Translations under genes and position numbers: made by a program
The notes under the pieces: model-generated
What the model saw: only the letters and a program-made list of their open reading frames with translations
Databases searched by the model: none
What the model was told of the DNA's origin: nothing
Part shown: positions 59,216 through 64,000 of the stretch, piece after piece
How the letters are laid out: every line of letters starts with the position of its first letter
Position numbering within the stretch: position 1 is the first letter of the stretch
DNA from: Guillardia theta CCMP2712
Lineage: Eukaryota > Protista > Cryptophyta
Assembly (NCBI RefSeq): GCF_000315625.1
Contig: NW_005434620.1
Coordinates: forward strand, 207,694 to 271,693
Direction: 5' to 3'
Length of the DNA stretch: 64,000 bases

Positions 59216-60816
59216 TCAGTAGCCTTTGTCTTTGTCACAAGTGGATCGATAACACTCACTCTTCAAGCTCATGAGCATGGGCTCAGAAGCTCTGCCACGG
59301 AAGAAATATGGTTGTTTGGTCTGTGCCTGCCTCCCAGGTTTCCCAGCTGCTGCTTCCGCGTATGTCGGTCGATTGCCGTCTGCGTTGTTGACTAGGCCTG
59401 TCAAACTCGACTGACAGTCAAGAAGCACCAACCTGTTCCGAGCCCATCATCGTCCCACAAGAAGTCAGCCCCATCTGGATATCCTCCTCCCGAGCTCGCC
59501 TGACCAGTTCTTGATCGCACGAAGATAGCCTGCTCCCCTCGTCAGTGAACCAGCACCGTTGGAGAAGTAGAGGCTCCGACCGGGAGTCTTATCCTTGATA
59601 GGCGATGAAACAAGAACATCAAGGCTGGGAACGAGTTGAGGGTGCCGATGGGAGAGGTCGTGGCAGTCCTGAGACATTCATCAGGCTCCAACAGGGAAGT
59701 CACTGTAACCTGACCCGTTCGAAACCATCAGTAAGTTCACTTCCGCCTGGAAGTTCCCTGGGTCTATTGGGATTTCTTCTAGCGGGTTCAATTCAGCAAG
59801 GCCAGGGATAGAGCTCAAGTTGAAACTCGAATGGTTTTGATAGACAACATCAAAGTTTTCCGGGAGGCTCCACGAGGAGCGGGAGAATGTGTTCATATTG
59901 TCAGCTTCCGACCTCGGCTGCACGAATCTGTGTCGACTTGGTGCTGCTTGCCTGCTGATCGGATAGTCAAGGCTGCCTGCCCCATCCAACACGTTCCTCC
60001 CCTCCATCCTATGGTGGATACAAGAGTCAAGTCCTTCATCCGACAAGGAGGTCTCCTGATCGTCCGTCTCTGTGCTTGATCGCATCGTTGACGGCAAGTT
60101 AGTGAAGCTTCCTCGCAGCATGCCTGAGTTCCCCGAGCCCCCCAACGTGAGCATGAAAGGGCCGGAGAACGAGAAAGTTCGCTGCTGTGCAGGCTCTCGG
60201 GGAGGGTTCAATGGGGAGGGAGAGGGGTTTGAGTTTGCTCCTCCAGTCTCTTGGTTGATCTGAGAGAGTGACGTCAGAGGGAAGAAAACAACAAGGAGAC
60301 AATGTCAATCAAGACCTCTTCTGCCCTGCTGTCTAGACCATCATACACTGTTCCCGCTCGAGGAACAACCGCCCGTTCGCCCCCCCCATCCAACGTCATG
60401 GCAACCGTGATCTCCGACACAGCCAAGCACTGTAGCAAGAAGGTAGTCAGAGCTCTCCTCTGCTTCCTCTTGCTGCAAATCTTTTGACGCCCCGAAACGG
60501 ACTGGAGGAACTTGAACTCTCCCGTCGTCGGCAAATCAATCGAGACACCCCCCTTTCTACAGGTCGCCGGTTCCATGACGTTTGAGAAGCACCCAGCACC
60601 ACCAAGGCAGGAGCTTCTTGTTCTCCCGCTGCTCCAACATCGCATCTCATCCATCAGCCCCGACCCTCGATCCGCCCATTCCCCCCTGTAAGGACCGCAC
60701 TCACGGCTCCACGACCTAGTTTGTCCGCTCTGCGACCATCTTGCCCTCGCTCCCTCCTCATCCACGTCGCCTCCTCCATGGACCCGTACGCTGTTCTTCT
60801 CTTCTACCTGCGCCAT
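59216..60816 (-). CDS. hypothetical Ser/Pro/Arg-rich protein, multi-exon
   Basis: ORFs 60274-60816, 59681-60211 and downstream segments linkable by short GT-AG introns; no family recognised. Confidence 0.5.
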
Positions 60817-61222
60817 CCTCGTCCTGCTGCTTCAGTTCGTCTGCTCCTCTCCCTCCCCCCCCTGCTCCCTCCCTTGCCGCCTTCGCTCTCTCATGCCCCG
60901 ACAGAGCCTTTAAAAGCTTTCTTGCTAATTTCAGTTGAAAATCGGTTAAATGTAGTACTTTCCTGTTAGCCGTAGCAGTTCGACCTTAAAAGTATGCTGT
61001 TAGATGTGAAATTAGGTTACATTTGTTTTAATTTAAGAACTTTCTCTCTAAATTAAGCGCTTTCAGTCCAGTTTTAAACCGAAATTAAGCCTGGGAACCG
61101 ACAGCATGCCAACCTGGGCTGGTTGGGGAGGAGGAGGAAGAGGAGGAAGAGGAGGAAGAGCGTGGAGCGAGGAGAGGAGATAAAACGCGGCTGAAGTGCG
61201 ACTGGAGCCCGAGGACACAGCC

Positions 61223-63589
61223 ATGGCATTATCACATGATCGCGAGTACGAGGATGGTGAAGGTTTCTTTCAACCCCCAACTTCAATCTGGGAACAAATC
61301 AAGGTGATAGTTTGGATCTGACGATGAAGGGTGGGTTAACAATGTATGCGAGCAGGAGAAGTTGCACCCATCTGAGATTCAGGAAGTGAGCAGCATTCTA
61401 GGTCAGAGCCTGATCGATAAGAACAAAGAATTGCACGACGAAATCAAAAGTCTGCTGATGATTTTGGAGGACTATGTAAAAGAAGTAAGTACTCTTTGAT
61501 GGCGAATCGTCTTCAAGTTCACTGATTGTTATGTCAAGGTTGATCAGCGAGAGAAGCAAAGAAACTGGAACGTTCAACTCGGCCGAGATTCGAACAAAGA
61601 CTTCCTCGCCTCTGAAATTCGTGACTTCATCTCTGCGTTACGTGAGGGAACGTCAGACGCGGTTACGAAGCCTTGACGCCGCTGTTATGCAGGGAGCCAG
61701 ACGTCCACCCCCATCTCCCTCCGTCCCAAGTCAGCCAAGGATCGATCGGTGAAGTCCAAAATGATGGGAGACGCCCATGACCGCGTTCACAAGGTTTTGT
61801 CATTCGTCATGCCGGATTGCTATCACGAGGATGAGCTCCCATCTGCGAGGAAGCTGCTGTACGTCTTCCAGCATGTTTGCTCAGTGATCTGAATGTGATT
61901 CTGTTTGCAGATCATCTCGTGGACAGAGCCGGGGTGGAAGAGATGGGCAGGCGTCGCAGGAGGAGAGGTAAGAGGAGGCTTCAGTACAAAACTCTTCATG
62001 GGGAGTTGATTGCAAGTCTTGCTAGGAACAGACCGATGACTGCTGACCTCCTTGGAAGTCTGACAAGACAAGCAGCTGCTGGTGATATTGGTGTCCTGTG
62101 GGAGTCTTGACTGAGGAGATCCTTCAGAGCACGACAAATTCTCGCTGGAGACCGTAGAATGCCTGTCAGAGAGGTTCAGAGAGGTTGTTTTGATTGTGCG
62201 AGATGGACTTTTTTTGTGATCATGGGCATCAGATTCTCAGTCTTGAAGAGAAAGATCTCCTTGACCAAATCGATTTCCTGTGAGCTTTGTTCTTTTACAA
62301 GAAGACTTGCGATTATGACAGGCGTTGCTGATGGCATGTCTTGTCAGGCATTCCTGTATTGAGGCCGAGCAAGAACGCGACAACAAGAACATGTGTACAG
62401 ACATGCTGCCGACTGAAAGAGACCTGAAGGACCTGAGAGACAGATTGCAGGTCAGACAGAGCTTCGATCCGATAGTTTGACTTCTCGCATATTCCAGCCT
62501 GCTGACGCTGATTTGATCGAATTTGATCGCACCCTTTGCTCTTTGTGATTGCCATCTCTGTTGTTTTTGTCAGACCATCTCCTGTCCTCTTCTATGCATG
62601 ACTTCTACCATGACATGATGTTTATGTAATGTTGAACAAATCGAAGTTTTCTTTATCATTTAGCTACGAAGTTTTCTCTATCATTTAACTCTTTCTATGC
62701 CTTGAGCCATGTCCCATTTGCAACAACATTACTTCAAATCTCCTTGATCTAACTTCCCGCATTTCAGGTTGAGTTGTCCATCACTGCAGCAGAAAGCAGA
62801 AAGCAGATGCGGAGCAAGACTCTCTTCCCTCTTGCAAGAAGTCTCAAGCCCGTCAGCGACCTGCCTGCCCCTCCCCTCGCTCCTCCTCTCCCCCTTCCTG
62901 TGCCCCCCTTCAACCAGCTTGAGGGACCAACGCAGGATACGCCGGGCCCTCCTCCTCCCATTCCTCGGGCCGAGCTCGGGATCGATTCGGATGAGGAGAG
63001 GTTTCTGTTCGGAGACGATTCAGAGGAGGAAGAGGACGGGAGTGCGAAGGAGGCAGTAGCAGAGGAGGAGAGGAAGAGCAATGTGGACATCCTTGTGCTC
63101 GATCACGAAGAGGAGCAGCTGGTGGACGCGGCTCCAGCACACGAGGAGGAGAGTCATCGGTCCCGACGGGAAGGGATCGTGCTGCCTGTTCAGCAGCAGC
63201 CTGGCGAGCTTCCGACGGTGACGCAGGACGTGAGCATGACATCATTAGGAGGCAGCGGGCTGCAGGAGGAGGAGGGAAAGAGCAGACGAAGTTCGGTAAG
63301 GAGCCGACACAGGCGACTGATCGAGGACGCGAGAGCCAACGCGGCGCTCGTATCGTCCTTGAGCGCAGAGGGGGAGGACGAAGGGGAGGACGGGGGAGGT
63401 CGGGGTGTGGGAGGAGGAAACGGAAGGGGAGGCGGAAGTGCTCCAACTCCTCCAAAGGCTGCGAGACCCGTTGATAGGATGAGACCAGCCTATGCTCGCC
63501 CGTCAACGATGACGAGGAGGGACAAGAGCGACGCACCGGGGGGAGAGAAGAGGCGAGAGGAGGTAGATGGTGTGAGGAGGCAAGGATAG
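61223..63589 (+). CDS. CCDC24-like coiled-coil protein with acidic/Pro-rich C-terminus
   Basis: Spliced MALSHDREY...PTSIWEQIK|EKLHPSEIQEVSSILGQSLIDKNKELHDEIKSLLMILEDY resembles the CCDC24 N-terminal motif (recalled, not searched); middle exons not fully resolved. Confidence 0.55.
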
Positions 63590-63910
63590 TGGAGGAGGGG
63601 GAAGAGGAGGGGGAAGAGGAGGAAGGAACTTTGAGTTAAGATTCTCTTTATTCATCGCTTGCTGTGCTCGGGACACATTTTGACTTTTTTGATCTCCTCC
63701 TCCTCCTTCCTCCTCCTCCTCCTTCCTCCTCCTCCTCCTTCCTCCTCCTCCTCCTTCCTCCTCCTCCTCCTCCTCTCCTCCTCCTCCTCCTCCTCCTCCT
63801 CCAACACGATAGTGGAGTCCTCTTCCCCTTCCTTTTCTCCCCTCCTCTTCTTCCCCTCTATCCTTTCATCATATCCATTAATTTCACTTCCCCAACTTCT
63901 TCCTCTCACC

Positions 63911-63995
63911 TCTCCTTCCGGTGTCTCCAGGGTCTGCAACGAGAATTTCCCACCAAACTTCTTGACGTCCATATAGACCGCACAGCCCACCTGGC
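63911..63995 (-). CDS. probable exon of a gene continuing beyond the window
   Basis: VGCAVYMDVKKFGGKFSLQTLETPE followed by GTGAG donor. Confidence 0.35.
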
Positions 63996-64000
63996 TCTTT

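Overview
Eukaryotic nuclear DNA, gene-dense, with many short (~42-65 nt) GT-AG introns carrying CTGAC/CTAAC-type branch points, microsatellite-filled longer introns and two assembly gaps. The intron style and an AxA-F bipartite plastid-targeting presequence suggest a cryptophyte alga such as Guillardia theta (inference). I hand-spliced about 24 genes. Recognisable ones: gamma-glutamylcyclotransferase (partial), SR-like RRM protein, voltage-sensor/adenylyl-cyclase fusion, two C2-domain proteins, METTL21-type methyltransferase, plastid-targeted membrane protein, LYR protein, mitochondrial ATP synthase gamma, eIF2-gamma, cyclic-nucleotide-binding-domain channel, Sfi1-like protein, ABHD17-TPR fusion, cNMP-binding protein and CCDC24-like protein. 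Most notable: (1) an 8-exon gene, fragmented in the ORF track, encoding signal peptide + three-finger (Ly6/uPAR/snake-toxin-like) cysteine pattern + mucin stalk + membrane anchor; (2) two MFxxL microproteins of 38 and 51 aa; (3) the channel-cyclase, with a Cys-rich ectodomain, a catalytic Asn->Lys change and a one-base frameshift; (4) a CNBD channel with an LLGNGD filter; (5) a ~250-bp-arm inverted repeat; (6) a recurring TACCCC / AT-rich / CCGG-rich module in mostly divergent intergenic regions. Gene models are manual and not confirmed by transcripts. No rRNA, tRNA, CRISPR or coding transposon was recognised.
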